Shown piece after piece: positions 51,601-64,000 of a stretch of 64,000 nucleotides of DNA; position 1 is the first letter of the stretch, and each line of letters begins with the position of its first letter. Both the position numbers and the translations under genes were made by a program. The stretch lies in the NCBI GenBank assembly GCA_965235115.1, contig OZ249439.1:15872001-15936000 (forward strand), read 5' to 3'. Under the pieces are notes generated by a model that saw only the letters and a program-made list of their open reading frames with translations, ran no database searches and was not told where the DNA came from. The stretch is from Laetmonice hystrix (taxonomy: Eukaryota).

Positions 51601-53375
51601 TGGAAGGCTGTGGTTGAATCGAAGGCTGGAAAGACGTTATGTTCCCTCCACATAGCCCTGTGTGAGGACAGACAACTGTCGGGGAGCTTTAATAGCCGTG
51701 GGTCTGCAGATGGGATTTAGACCTCGTGGACCTTGTGCAGCTCGGCGCGTTAACATGAGATGGTTGCCCCGCCTCAAGTGAGGAGAGGCCCAACTAATTT
51801 CACAGGGAGCTGGTTCGCACCATCTCTGTTTTTCACTCTACTTACCAGCTCCTTTATCACTGTCAGTCTCCCACAGCGCCGCCATAAATTCTGAATTTAC
51901 CCCCAGTTAAAGACAAGAGGAAGAGTTCTTTAGGCGTTGGGAAGGTCACAGGTCGTATTTCAAAGGTCAGTCTGTATCTTTCATAGAAGAGGTCTAATGG
52001 AAGTGGGAGCCAAATGTGGATGCTGACACCGGACCCCATCATTTCTTGATGTCAGATATTGGCCCGGCTGACAGCCTCATGCAACCCCCTATTTATCTAT
52101 ACTACTTGTAGAACCACGTGATAGCGTATTATATATAACAGGTCATTTGTTACATTTGAGATGATTATGGGAACAAGATGGAGATAGCGAATATCTTACA
52201 GGGCTTTATCGAAGGAGCCACCTTGTCATCATTGGAAGATTGGCAACCTGGCCTTTAAGGATGGACAGATGGTTTCAACTCAGCATTGTTCTTCATCTTC
52301 CTTTTGTACTCTTGGGAGGAGTAAATCAGTTATGCTATTCCTTCCCTCTTTGGTTTTTTGATTGGACTTACATACAAATATTGGTTGTTTTTCACATGTA
52401 CACATCGTGCGTTCCCCACCAGCTCACTCGTTTGGAACCTTTAACGTGAGTGGATTCAGTGGGTGGTGGTAGAGTGCCTACTCCTGCCCGTGTAACTCAA
52501 ATGGTAGCCTTCCATCAATAATCATAGCCCACCATCAAGAGCTCAACCACTCATGTGGACACAAGCCTGCTGCAATTGATTTCCTGTCAGAAGAAATCTT
52601 GCCAGTTTTCTTCTTATGTCTGGACAAAAAACGGAATCAGCACGTCTGAATGAGGAGTTTTAGCTCCAATTCCAAACTTCACAAATCGTTGCCAGCGCTG
52701 GTTTGATGAAGAGGGAGTCAAACCCACAAGTCTGAGCGCTGAGGTGGGAGGAAAGGTTGGGAGATTTAAGGACACAAGAAGGGCAGTGAGTCTCAGTGGA
52801 TGTTTTGTTGTTGTATAGGCTGTTTAGGGTGTAGCTAGTTCGTGTTTTCACCTTTGTACGTCAGTCTTTGCTATGTCTATGTGGAGTTCAGAATGCCAGG
52901 CTATGAGGGCGGGAGTAATGCTCTCATACGTAGGCAGTTTTTACGAACATTGATAACCGTCACTTGTGATTAACAGTCAATATTTACAGCTAATTCGAAT
53001 CAGCAGGATGACATTGACTGTTTCTCAAGTTGTAGCTAGTTGACTGAATTAATTATATACATGTACATTGTATGTGGTCCCACTGAGGTAATGTGTGGCC
53101 CCGAGAAAACAAAAAAGCCATTTTTTGATATTCCACAAACATACTATCTACAGAAAGTCAAGTCAACGGATACGGCAGCAAGAATGAAAGCACCCCTAAA
53201 TTTTAGGTCGGAATATCTCTGAAGTATTTACATTGAATGTTTGGAGCAGCTCCTTACTATAAATAACACAGTATGTGTCATCAAAATCTAGGTAGCTATG
53301 AAGAAGTGTAAGCCTTGGTAACTAACGTAAGAATATAGGTTAGTCGAAACAGTTTTTATCTATACTGGGCGCTTT

Positions 53376-54118
53376 GCTGTTGGACACAGTATGCCATGTG
53401 CATGGTGACGGTGTGGGAGCTATGGTCGTGATGATTTAGGGGACACTGTACCCTATAGACCGGGTAGATACATGGACTCCTGCTGTTGGACACAGTATGC
53501 CATGTCCATGGTGAAGGTGTGGGAGGTATGGTCGTGCTGATTTAGGGGACACTTTACCCTATAGACCGGGTAGATACATGGACTCCTGCTGTTGGACACA
53601 GTATGCCATGTCCATGGTGAAGGTGTGGCAGGTATGGTCGTGCTGATTTAGGGGACACTTTACCCTATAGACCGGGTAGATACATGGACTCCTGCTGTTG
53701 GACACAGTATGCCATGTCCATGGTGAAGGTGTGGGAGCTATGGTCGTGCTGATTTAGGGGACACCTATAGACCGGGTAGATACATGGACTCCTGCTGTTG
53801 GACACAGTATGCCATGTCCATGGTGACGGTGTGGGAGCTATGGTCGTGCTGATTTAGGGGACACTTTCCCTATAGACCGGGTAGATGCATGGACTCCTGC
53901 TGTTGGACACAGTATGCCATGTCCATGGTGAAGGTGTGGGAGGTATGGTCGTGCTGATTGAGGGGACACTTTACCCTATAGACCGGGTAGTTACATGGAC
54001 TCCTGCTGTTGGACACAGTATGCCATGTCCATGGTGAAGGTGTGGGAGGTATGGTCGTGCTGATTGAGGGGACACTTTACCCTATAGACCGGGTAGATAC
54101 ATGGACTCCTGCTGTTGG
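53376..54118. repeat. Minisatellite, 106-bp unit, 7 copies, in an FRMPD4 intron
   Basis: gctgttgg starts at 53376, 53482, 53588, 53694, 53794, 53899, 54005 and 54111. Confidence 0.95.
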
Positions 54119-55858
54119 TCGTGGGATGTAATCGATCAACCATCACTTGACAACTCAGTTACTGTACATCAGGAACTCGGTCTCGTTGACACAAGTTCTA
54201 AGAATACTTTAATTGGAATACTTTATCTCGAATTGTTAAAAAAAAAGTAGAGCGTGCAGCTTGGGAACGGACTGATATGATTAAACAACTGTAATTTTTC
54301 CTCTCAGTGTTGTCTCAGGAGGCGTCAGTGGTATTGCAGGATTTGTTTGGTTATTTTTAAACAGGAAGGCCAGAACAATAGGTTCTGTGATGAAGATGGC
54401 GTTTTAAGATTGATTCTAAACAGTAATCACCGTTAAATCAGAGCAGGCTGCTCTCCACGTGGGTGAACGTCCACACGCGGCAATTCAGCATTAATTAAGT
54501 AGAATGTGGATGTTCTCATAGAATTTGTACTCAATGTCAAGTTTTCTTGGTTGCCGAAAACTAAGACAATTTAAATATGATGCAACGAATCCTACGCGTT
54601 TTCGTTGATATCATTTGAAATGAAGTTCGGGAGAATTCAAGAGTTTCACGCCAGACCCGCACAAAGATTGACGGTTAGCCAATGTAGGCGGTAATCAAAG
54701 AAATGTGAGCAGAGGTATGGGGATGAAGAGCAGCTGGACGTTTGGCTGTCAGTCATGTTGTCGCCATGGTTACGAGAGAGTGACAGTTGATCCTAGTGAA
54801 TCAGTCAGATTCCTGTAGTACTGGAGCCTGATGAGTACGGCTTTGTCTGCCAACATTGACAAATATTGGCAGACATGGAGACCAGTTAGTCGGAACGCCC
54901 TTCGTTCTACCTTGGAGTGCTCATCCAAGTGAAAGTTGAGTGTTTCTCCTAACGTATGTCTGATTGTATGCATGGTGTCTCCAGGTCCTCGTAATGGATG
55001 CTGGACTACTCTCTCTAGTCCCACAAGCCAGTAACACAATGTGTTTATGACTGAGCGCCATTTCCGAAGATTTTTCTAAGCGTTATTGCCAATATTTAAC
55101 AAGTGTTACGGAGCATGTTCAAATGGTTCCTACAGAGGAATACGAGGAAGCTTTGCCATGGTTGTTTAGTAATACTAGTAAGTCCCTGGTAATACTATTT
55201 TAAACAATTCTTACGTTAAAAGATTGATAAAGAACCCCACCTACATTCATTATACAATGTTTCGTGCAGATATAAAGTAGCAGGCAGCTTGAGTAGAAAG
55301 CATATATTTTATCCTTGGGTAATTCCCTCTGGTAATCAGACACGCTGGCTTCGAAAGTAAAAAGACATAATCCAGTCAAATTTGATTTGGTTTAGAGTGA
55401 AATATTATTGAATTAATCTGTCGGTTAATGACATGTTGACAGTTAAACTATGACGTATGAGCATGGCGTCAGTTTATGTTAACCAGACATCATGACAAAG
55501 CGTGTTTTTCAAGGTCTGTTCAAAATCAACAATAGTCGTAAAATCTGAGATCGTGATTGGGTCGGTTAATTAGCAATTTATGTCATTATTTCCAGTGGTG
55601 ATGGAGTTAAGCCTGAGATCTCATTAGCATTACCATGATCATCCGCATTCATCGTTCGCTCATGTTCTCCTGGCTTGTAGAGAATCCTTCGTACATTTAC
55701 ATACTGCCCACGTAGTACTTCACACCCCTCTGACGTATATTCCAGCAAGGATGCCATGACTTTTCTCTATATCTATAAACATGTGGGGTAAATGTTTTTG
55801 ACAAACATAGTACTGATTTTCTCGGCATTATCTCCATGTGATTTGGGTGTTTTTTCAG

Positions 55859-56019
55859 TCATGTGGAAAAGGTCACGACCCGAGATGACCCCCGCGATGA
55901 CCCTGACTATGTGGAGCCGCCCAAACCTCGCGAGGTGGAGCTGGTGCGAGACCCAGCCATGGGGTTCGGTTTCGTGGCCGGGAGCGAGAAACCTGTCATC
56001 GTTCGTTTCGTCACCGAAG
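55859..56019 (+). CDS. FRMPD4: FRMPD4-like exon: end of WW and start of PDZ (HVEKVTTRDDPRDDPDYVEPPKPREVELVRDPAMGFGFVAGSEKPVIVRFVTEG); 161 nt
   Basis: Acceptor tttttcag| and donor |gtcggt at 56020. GFGFVAGSEKPV is essentially identical to the FRMPD4 PDZ carboxylate-binding loop region as I recall it. Confidence 0.95.
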
Positions 56020-57641
56020 GTCGGTTCACACTTACAGGGTGTATTAACAAATAACAATAGCCAAGACTGGAAGTCTCTCTCACGATCAGAAAAATAACCT
56101 TCCCTGGCATTTAAATGTGGCAATGTACTCGTTTTTAAAAGGAAGGGGGGGGGGGGGGGAGGGTTCCTTCATGGACAGCAACGTCTTTTCATCTTACATG
56201 GTGTTCACCTACAGTTTCTTTTACTTGTAATGCTAAGATAAAAACAAGTTTTTTTTATTGGTTCATATGGAGACGTACGAGATCCACTGCCAAAACACGA
56301 ATAGTTCATTGAAGTATTGTATTTATGTATTCACTTAACATAGTTTTATCCACGGAAAAAGTGTTCTGTTGGGAGTCATATGCAGTGACTTTTTACCCTG
56401 ATTGTGTCGGTGTGACGGGTAGGAATCAATCGTTGTGTAATATTCCTGAAGGCGTGAGGAGACACACTGCGAGGAGACATACACATCGTGAATGTTAGAA
56501 TTCAGCTTTAGATGTAATCGAGCTTTAATAACAAGTTAACTCCTGGAATAACTTGCGTTAGTATATTTTAAAATAACATTTATTCATAAATCATTATGTA
56601 TAAGGTAAAGATGGACTGAGACCTTTACAGCCGCAATTAAAAACCGGCCTCCTGTGGAAACCTTTTAACCCCCTTTTTATTACCTTTTTGGTGACAAAAA
56701 CGTTTTTCCTCAATTTTATGGGCAAAATTCTTGTTATGCCTCTTTTCCCTGGATAAAAAAAAAACCATTTCCTTCAAATTTTAAAATTATGATATACGTG
56801 TCAAAAGTTGTTTTTAAAATATCTTTTAATAATTGTGTTATCCCATTTAGGTTAAATAGGCTTAATATTTTACTCCTGAGTGTTTAAGACTGGGATGCTT
56901 TCTGCCAACCCCTTGACTAGACTAGAGGTGATCACAGGATCTCACAGTGTTGTCAGTGATGCCGGCGGTCGTTCGTTGAGGAAATAAAGGCAACATTTTG
57001 ACAGCAAATGCAAAGTAACGGATGTTTTCTTACATCCATATCAAAGAAATAAACGTAACACGGTTGTCTTGCGGTATTTAGAGCCACATTTCATCAGTAA
57101 AAGCAGGCAGAAGTGGCAGGTGTGTTTCACTCCCTGAACATTCGGTTGGTGTTACCGATAGCGCTGGAGAGTCCCGTGAGATGGTGCAGGTCTGAAAGTC
57201 CGGCTGACAGTCTGAATCGGAGAACTTAGAACTTATTTAAAATTTCTACAATCAAGTAGCTAATCGTATACACGAAAGTCTTTATGGCCTTACTTAAAAA
57301 CGTTGTTTTACATATTGGACTATATCTCATGATTTTACGTAGCTTTAAATCGTTAGAGACTATATAGGCATCGCCTGATAAAAATATAAAATTGTCACTG
57401 GGAGGCCTGTAATGTAATGAAAACGATGCTTCAATCCGTGACCCAGCAGGACAGGGCTGAAGTAGTTCTGTAATTAATACAAGGGAATGGGACAATACAT
57501 TTCGGAGACATGAGGGCTAGCATTGGTTGTGTTGACTGACAGCCGTGAAATACTGACGATTAATACGTTATGGAATGTTAATTGAGCAAACAGTAATGTA
57601 ATTTACAAGGGACTTTGATTTCTTGATATGAAGAATGAAGG

Positions 57642-58115
57642 GTCAGAGTGAGACAGGTATATCTTGATCATTCCTTGAGACGCCGTCAGAGTGAGACAGG
57701 TATATCTTGATCATTCCTTGAGACGCCGTCAGAGTGAGACAGGTATATCTTGATCATTCCTTGAGACGCCGTCAGAGTGAGACAGGTATATCTTGATCAT
57801 TCCTTGAGACGCCGTCAGAGTGAGACAGGTATATCTTGATCATTCCTTGAGACGCCGTCAGAGTGAGACAGGTATATCTTGATCATTCCTTGAGACGCCG
57901 TCAGAGTGAGACAGTATATCTTGATCATTCCTTGAGACGCCGTCAGAGTGAGACAGGTATATCTTGATCATTCCTTGAGACGCCGACAGAGTGAGACAGG
58001 TATATCTTGATCATTCCTTGAGACGCCGTCAGAGTGAGACAGGTATATCTTGATCATTCCTTGAGACGCCGTCAGAGTGAGACAGGTATATCTTGAGCAT
58101 TCCGTGAGACGCGGA
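57642..58115. repeat. Minisatellite, 43-bp unit, about 11 copies, in an FRMPD4 intron
   Basis: Unit gtcagagtgagacaggtatatcttgatcattccttgagacgcc, near-identical copies. Confidence 0.97.
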
Positions 58116-59171
58116 CAGATTCATGGGGCTCACATTGGTGCAGGTGCTGCCACCTGTTGTCATCGTTTAGAACTTCTCCAGAACTACTCGCTGTTAGTCG
58201 GTGCACTGAGGTGCCTATAAACCAGGTATAAAAACTGTTAAATCTACTGATTTCAGACCGTACAACCGGTATGTATACCTTCCATCAGGTGTTATATCCC
58301 TAATACCAGATGATCACTTGGCACTTCGGGAGATACGTCAACAAACTGAGTTTCTATATTTACTTCAATTAACAAACACTTCATAAAGAATTCATCTTGT
58401 TTACCTCCAAACACAGATTATTTGATGCCTTCAGGATAGGGTCGTTTGGATTATCCGTGGCCATGCTATACTGACCTCACAGCTCATAATGACAGTTATT
58501 CTAGGGGCCAGGGTGTGCCACGTTCTCATGCTTCAGTGGTTAGCTACCACTCTGACAACCCAAACAACGAACGGTGCAGAATTCTCATAACACACTGCTT
58601 CGTTTTAACTCGGCTCGGTAACATGGGAAAGCACTGACCCACAGGAAATTCCGAGAAACTTCCAAAGAAATCTAAAATGAATTAGAATGGTACACTGTAA
58701 CTAAGTGTTACTTCTAGTTATAACCAATCGTGGGTATGTAACGTGAGTAAAAGGGTAATTCATTGAGGAATAGGACCCAGACAGAGAAAGTAGTGGTGAA
58801 GGAACAATATTAGTGCTACCAATTCATTTAGGAATTTACGAATATACGAAGGCTGTTTTTACCGGACCTTTCGTGCAAAAACGAAAGCCTATGTACCTAC
58901 AATGTAAAGTTTTTGAACGTCCAGAACCTAAGGTTGGACATTTTAAAATTAACACCAGCGTTCCCGGCGGAGGGAGCAGTTCCCAATTATATCTTTTACA
59001 TTATGTTATGGCGTTGGACATTCGAAACTATTTCATTCCACATGTACATTTCATGTATAATTACTTCTATCCGATATGTAATGTGAATGTAGGATTGTAA
59101 TTAGTCAAAGTTCTCATACTGCGTGGTAGTATGTCTATCTGTTGTTGAGAAAACACAATTGATAAACCTAA

Positions 59172-59324
<153 letters not shown>

Positions 59325-59577
59325 TAAGCGTAATGTAATCTTTCATTCCGCCAGGCGGCGCCACGAGGTAACTAATCGTAATGCTAAAGCATGGAGGTAA
59401 AAGAAAATTGAAATTCCCTCACCGAATCCATGCAAACACCACTTGAAACGTTGGATAATTATGTTTTAAAACTGAAGGCTTTGAAGATATTCTTTTACTC
59501 ACCGAATATAAACAAACATAGGTTTGTTTGTTAGACTCATTCACGGCGTTTGGCGAACAACCAGTCATGCTGAATTA

Positions 59578-59659
59578 CTAGCGCCACCTATCGGCTACCG
59601 TCATTAGGTCTCCATTAGAGAGAAAATCTAGTTTGCATATATGCTCCACCAGGTGGCGG
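59578..59659. promoter_or_regulatory. Pair of CTCF-like motifs in divergent orientation
   Basis: Minus-strand GCCGATAGGTGGCGCTAG (59578-59595) and plus-strand TCCACCAGGTGGCGG (59645-59659), compared with consensus CCASYAGRKGGCRS. Confidence 0.4.
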
Positions 59660-59940
59660 TCACAAGCGATCTCAGCCCTCCTATGGTTAGGCCCTGGTAT
59701 AATCATTTATTCCCTGTGCAACTACCGGGTATTACCTATTATATTATAGCATGCAAGGATCCGGTTTAAAACAAAGAGGGCATTTTCATAAAATATAAAG
59801 TAAGCGAGAACACTGAATGGTCTGTCTGACGTACAGCATATAGGAGATAGTAGAGCGCTACCGCAGTATAATTATATGATTATTATATTAACCAGTGACT
59901 TGAGATGGGTTGCTTCTAGAGTTTGATATTTCTGTTTCAG

Positions 59941-59992
59941 GTCATGTAAAACATCTGTGACACTTACAGTATGCCAACCATATACAGATAAT
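59941..59992 (+). CDS. FRMPD4: FRMPD4-like short exon ending the PDZ (R-SCKTSVTLTVCQPYTDN); 52 nt; absent from the ORF track
   Basis: Acceptor tctgtttcag| and donor |gtaagt. Phase 2 to 0 bridges the flanking exons exactly. Matches human SCKESILLTVIQPY (recalled). Confidence 0.92.
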
Positions 59993-61349
59993 GTAAGTAG
60001 ATAACATATCATATATTATACACATTAGTTTAACTATATTTTGGAGTTTCATGGGCCACAGTCTGTAAACGCAATATCGCGAAGATAAATATATACATGT
60101 ATTCCCCTTGTAGAACATTTGCCTTTTTGAATGACCTTGCTGCTCATCATTATTTCCATTAGTAGGAACAATTGCATGGTTGGTAATAGTCAAACTATAC
60201 ATAATTACTGGCGAAGCTTCAGTATCAAAAGTCAGTGTAAAAATGTTGAAAATGAAACCTGCAGCATAAAAGAAACCAAGCGTGTTCACCGAGAAAGTCC
60301 TTGAAAGAAAATGAAGTGTGTGAACCAGAAGAAATATGTTGAGGAAAGGTACCTAGTTCAGTTGCAAGCTCATGTCCTGTTATTTCCTGAGAGGTTCACC
60401 ACGAATAACGTGTGCAGCGTATGCACATGGATCGTAGTGTGAATCTAGCAAAGTATCGGGGCACTACGATATTTCAACGACATAGTGGAAAATTCAAAAA
60501 TAACGATAATTTGAAGTGGAAGATTGCATTGAAGTGATTTGCTAATAATAGGAAGTAATCGCAATTTCAGCATGTGCCACGTATCTATTTTAATGAGGAA
60601 CCTTATGTAAGTAATCCATTGTTTAGATGTGATGTACTAATACCGATATATTGATTATTACGGTGGAATTTGATGTTTTTCTAACATGGTCCATGGCGGA
60701 TTATGTAGCTTTGTGTTTTGCGATTTAAAAGCACACTCAATAACTTTGGACAAAACTACTGAGTGATACAAATAAACAGAAAGTTGTTGCATCTAAAATA
60801 TGCTGTTTCGGACCACCTAATCTTGTATGAATTCTATACCGGTTGTTTTTATTTAACGTCAAGAAATGTCACAGTTTAATTTATACATTCAAATGCGTCT
60901 GTAAAAAGAAATACCGAATATGCTACAGAAACTAAAGAAGATATGTTTTAAATTAACTCTATTTGTTCTTCAATATCTGTGTATATGTGTGTCTGTCTGT
61001 TAGAGAAGTATCGGTATTCATTTATTAATCTTTACGAAGCGTCCTGTATACTTGTATGAATTGAATCATAAGTCTTCACATTTACACAACATTCTCCATT
61101 TGTACCAGCATTATTGACACTCAATATGGTATATGTGTCATGCTTTGCTTCAGTGTTAACCGTGAAAGTCGTTTGACCATAACTCTGGTAACATGGCCCG
61201 TAAAGCAGGGTCGACATGTGGGAAAAACATGGTTTTACATTTTTAAAAACGAATTTTATTATATCTTTGAAGCAAATATTTGATTAAGGCGATTAAACTC
61301 CAGGTATTGATGCAATGTGACTTCCAATTACGTTGGTATGCCATAACGT

Positions 61350-63100
61350 TTTATGGGTTGGTCGGTGTACCGGAACTCTACTACTTTTGCTCGGCCTAAG
61401 TTTCGTAGATTTCCTTGAGCTCGATGTCAGAGAGCCCGGAGGAATGTGTCCTAGCAGCCGTTGTTCTATGGATATCCACCAACACGATTCCCGCCCTGGC
61501 TAGATGAGTGTCAACTCTATCCTGTGATGCCGATACATGTCCAGATCACACCGTCATGGAGCTCAAATAGGCGGGGAAATGCCGCCACACAACCGGGCCA
61601 GTCCGAGATACGGGCAAGGAGGTCTGATCGTCTGCAAGATAAAATATTGATCGTTTTCCAGCATTGCTCGACTTCAGGGATGATAATAAACCTCCCTTTT
61701 CATGGGTATGGGTGTTGTTTGCTATCCAATACGAGTATTTGTAGACGCATATGCTCAAACAAATTACCCACAGAATTCAATTCAATCCACGTGTTTGCAC
61801 TTGGCCGAATTTGATTTGGTTGTGTAATAAGAGGAAGAACACAGTACTGTCTCCGTCGTATTGTACATTTGCACACAGGTCGGCAACTCGGTCCACATTC
61901 TGTAATATAGTTACTTGGTCTAATTGTTGGTAGAGGATGGGAAGCTCTTTGTCAGTCCTCTAGCCACTTGAGTTGGTGGGAAGTGGGTGAGTTCTGGCTC
62001 TAGTTCCCGACTGAGGGTCCCAGAAACATGGGCCACTCTTATAGGTTAGGCGAGGAAGTGCCCACACGTTGTCTTGTGATCTGAAATTAATTTGAGTCCT
62101 TCAAAAAGAAGACCCATTTAAACGGAGCAGGCGATCTCTGCCTTGGCGGAGTTAAATAAGGCGGGAAGTAATGGTAACATTAAGTGTCAGGTGAACAGAG
62201 AAACAAGATAATATTCTGACCGACAAGAGCCTGTCACCCCTATCATTTGTAGTGGTTGCATCTGGCTTGCTTGTAAGATGGTTCAATGGGGAGTAGTAGT
62301 TTTACAAGTATGGCCCAGCTGGACTGGGGTTTCCTATAACGACATTGTGGCAGCCACATCAATCGCGTTACCAGGGTGACAGAATGGAATCCACAGCGTT
62401 TGACCGTCAGCTCAGCTGTGGCAGGGCAATTAGTCGGACGTGAAGCTTGGACTGGAAGGGGGCCAACTGTATGTTGTCTGGTGTCTTGTCGAGGGACGTG
62501 TTGCCGTCACCTGCCCGCTCCCACCTGAGGAGGACAGCTGGTGTTAGCAGGAGGAGGAGGAGGAGGAGGAGGAGGAGAGGGTGTGCGGGCGCCACCACCG
62601 AGCCTGTCGATACGTATGTGCAGCTCCTGCTCGGCCTGTAATACAGCGTTCACTCGCTCCGCCGTACGACCTGACCTGGAGTGTCTCTATGGGAGGCCGA
62701 TGGCACGGCTGGCTGCAGGAGCTGCCTCTTCTCGCTGCCAGGAGCAGCACGTCTCCCCAGGAGCATCCTACAGGAGTACGGTTGTCCCAAAGTGAGCTCC
62801 TGTCACACACGGTTGGATGGTAGCCAGTCGATTCTAGGATTTGTAGCATTTGCTCGTGAGTAGAGAAGGGGATAGATGGACTCTGCAGAGATGGGAAAAT
62901 GGAGGTGCAATGATTCATCCGGTAATTGGTAAGGATCTACCCTGGATATATGTGACATCTCTCACCTGGCAGGTGCGACACGGCGAACAGATACAGGAAC
63001 TCAGGTTTCTGTTTGCAGGATTGGCACGGCATCATACTGATTGTGTGCTTCATAATTTCAAGAATCCGGAGGGTGACAGCTTTCCTGGACCACTGCAGTG
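61350..63100 (-). mobile_element. Decayed Gypsy-like gag-pol remnant antisense in an FRMPD4 intron
   Basis: Broken-frame motifs RRVAPAR, LHLHFP...YSRANAT..RIDWL and GAHFGTT resemble gag LVAPAKP..L.EHF..FHSR.Q...CNFG.TL. A Pro-rich linker follows, then RT-like DRVDTHLARAG and LGHI. Confidence 0.4.
62549..62577. repeat. (AGG)n microsatellite, about 9-10 copies
   Basis: Read directly from the sequence. Confidence 0.95.
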
Positions 63101-63248
63101 GCAAGACTCTTATATCTGAGTTGGTGCTGTGTGTTACAGGAGACACGTATATTTTGTGTATCGTCGACAACATCAAGGCCTCACCATGTATACCGGCAGT
63201 TACAACCTGAACGAACAAAACGTGACGGGTTATTTCACTATGTTTCAG

Positions 63249-63362
63249 TCTACCCGCAAGTCCGCCTTACTTACCGCAGCCAAGAAGGCCAAATTGAAGA
63301 ATAATCCTTCTCGGGTGCGTTTTGCTGAGGCAGTCATAGTCAATGGAGCCCCAGTCACAATT
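63249..63362 (+). CDS. FRMPD4: FRMPD4-like linker exon before the FERM domain (STRKSALLTAAKKAKLKNNPSRVRFAEAVIVNGAPVTI); 114 nt
   Basis: Acceptor tgtttcag| and donor |gtaagt at 63363; phase 0. Resembles human [30 protein letters not shown] (recalled). Confidence 0.92.
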
Positions 63363-64000
63363 GTAAGTACACGCAATATTTTCAATATCATAACAATCCT
63401 AACTAAAGAACCTGACCCACCAGTGCGATTGTCCCTACGGCATCGGTTCCTGATTATGAAAATTGGTTCATCCTTAGACTCAAAATCACGAAAAAACGAT
63501 TACGTCTAAATTGCATGGCATAAAAACAATTGCATTGGTGAGGTTACTCCGTAAGATTGAGGAACATTTCACTTATTTCACTGCAGTATTTTAGCTACTG
63601 TATTATTATTGAGGTATGAACATAATTCATGGTGCCTATTATTACGTTATTTTCTGCTGTTATATTGATTAAAATACTGATTCCCTTGCAGCATGCAAAA
63701 TCACATTAGCAATTGAAATGTGATTACATGCATGTGGCAGTGTTAACTCGTATGGTTTGATTAACTCTTGTTATGGTTTGTATTTTTGATGGTGTTCCTA
63801 TTGTTCGGAGCCATAGTGAACATAATGTTGAAGAACGTCCATATTGGGGTTCGTCATTTTTTCAGCAGATATTGCCTGGTATCTGTATTTTCACTGATAA
63901 TAGAAGGGATAATGCATTTTATCGTCATGGAATGTAATTGATAATTAATATTTTAGCATCATTGCTGATATTAATTTAAAATGTTTTCAAATTGAAATAA

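Overview
This is animal (eukaryotic) genomic DNA rich in repeats, probably from a marine invertebrate, although the taxon cannot be fixed from the sequence. The only host gene I can firmly identify is an FRMPD4/Preso-like WW-PDZ-FERM scaffold gene on the + strand. Five canonical GT-AG exons (46060-46176, 55859-56019, 59221-59323, 59941-59992, 63249-63362) splice in frame into WW + PDZ + the pre-FERM linker. The first coding exon was not found, and the FERM exons presumably lie beyond the window. The remaining DNA is intronic or intergenic. It holds about ten unrelated minisatellite arrays, MITEs of several target-site types, a SINE, and decayed LINE and Gypsy fragments. The most striking structure is a 3.74-kb TAG...CTA TIR element with a 3-bp TSD (Academ-like, 22956-26696). 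It encloses an L1/Tx1 RT fragment, a SINE carrying a second retroposon, and two MITEs. No CRISPR array, rRNA, tRNA or intact ribozyme was found. Most ORFs in the supplied track are by-products of repeats or decayed TEs. No novel biological system is demonstrated; the findings are leads. All protein-family calls are by-eye motif recognition without database searches.
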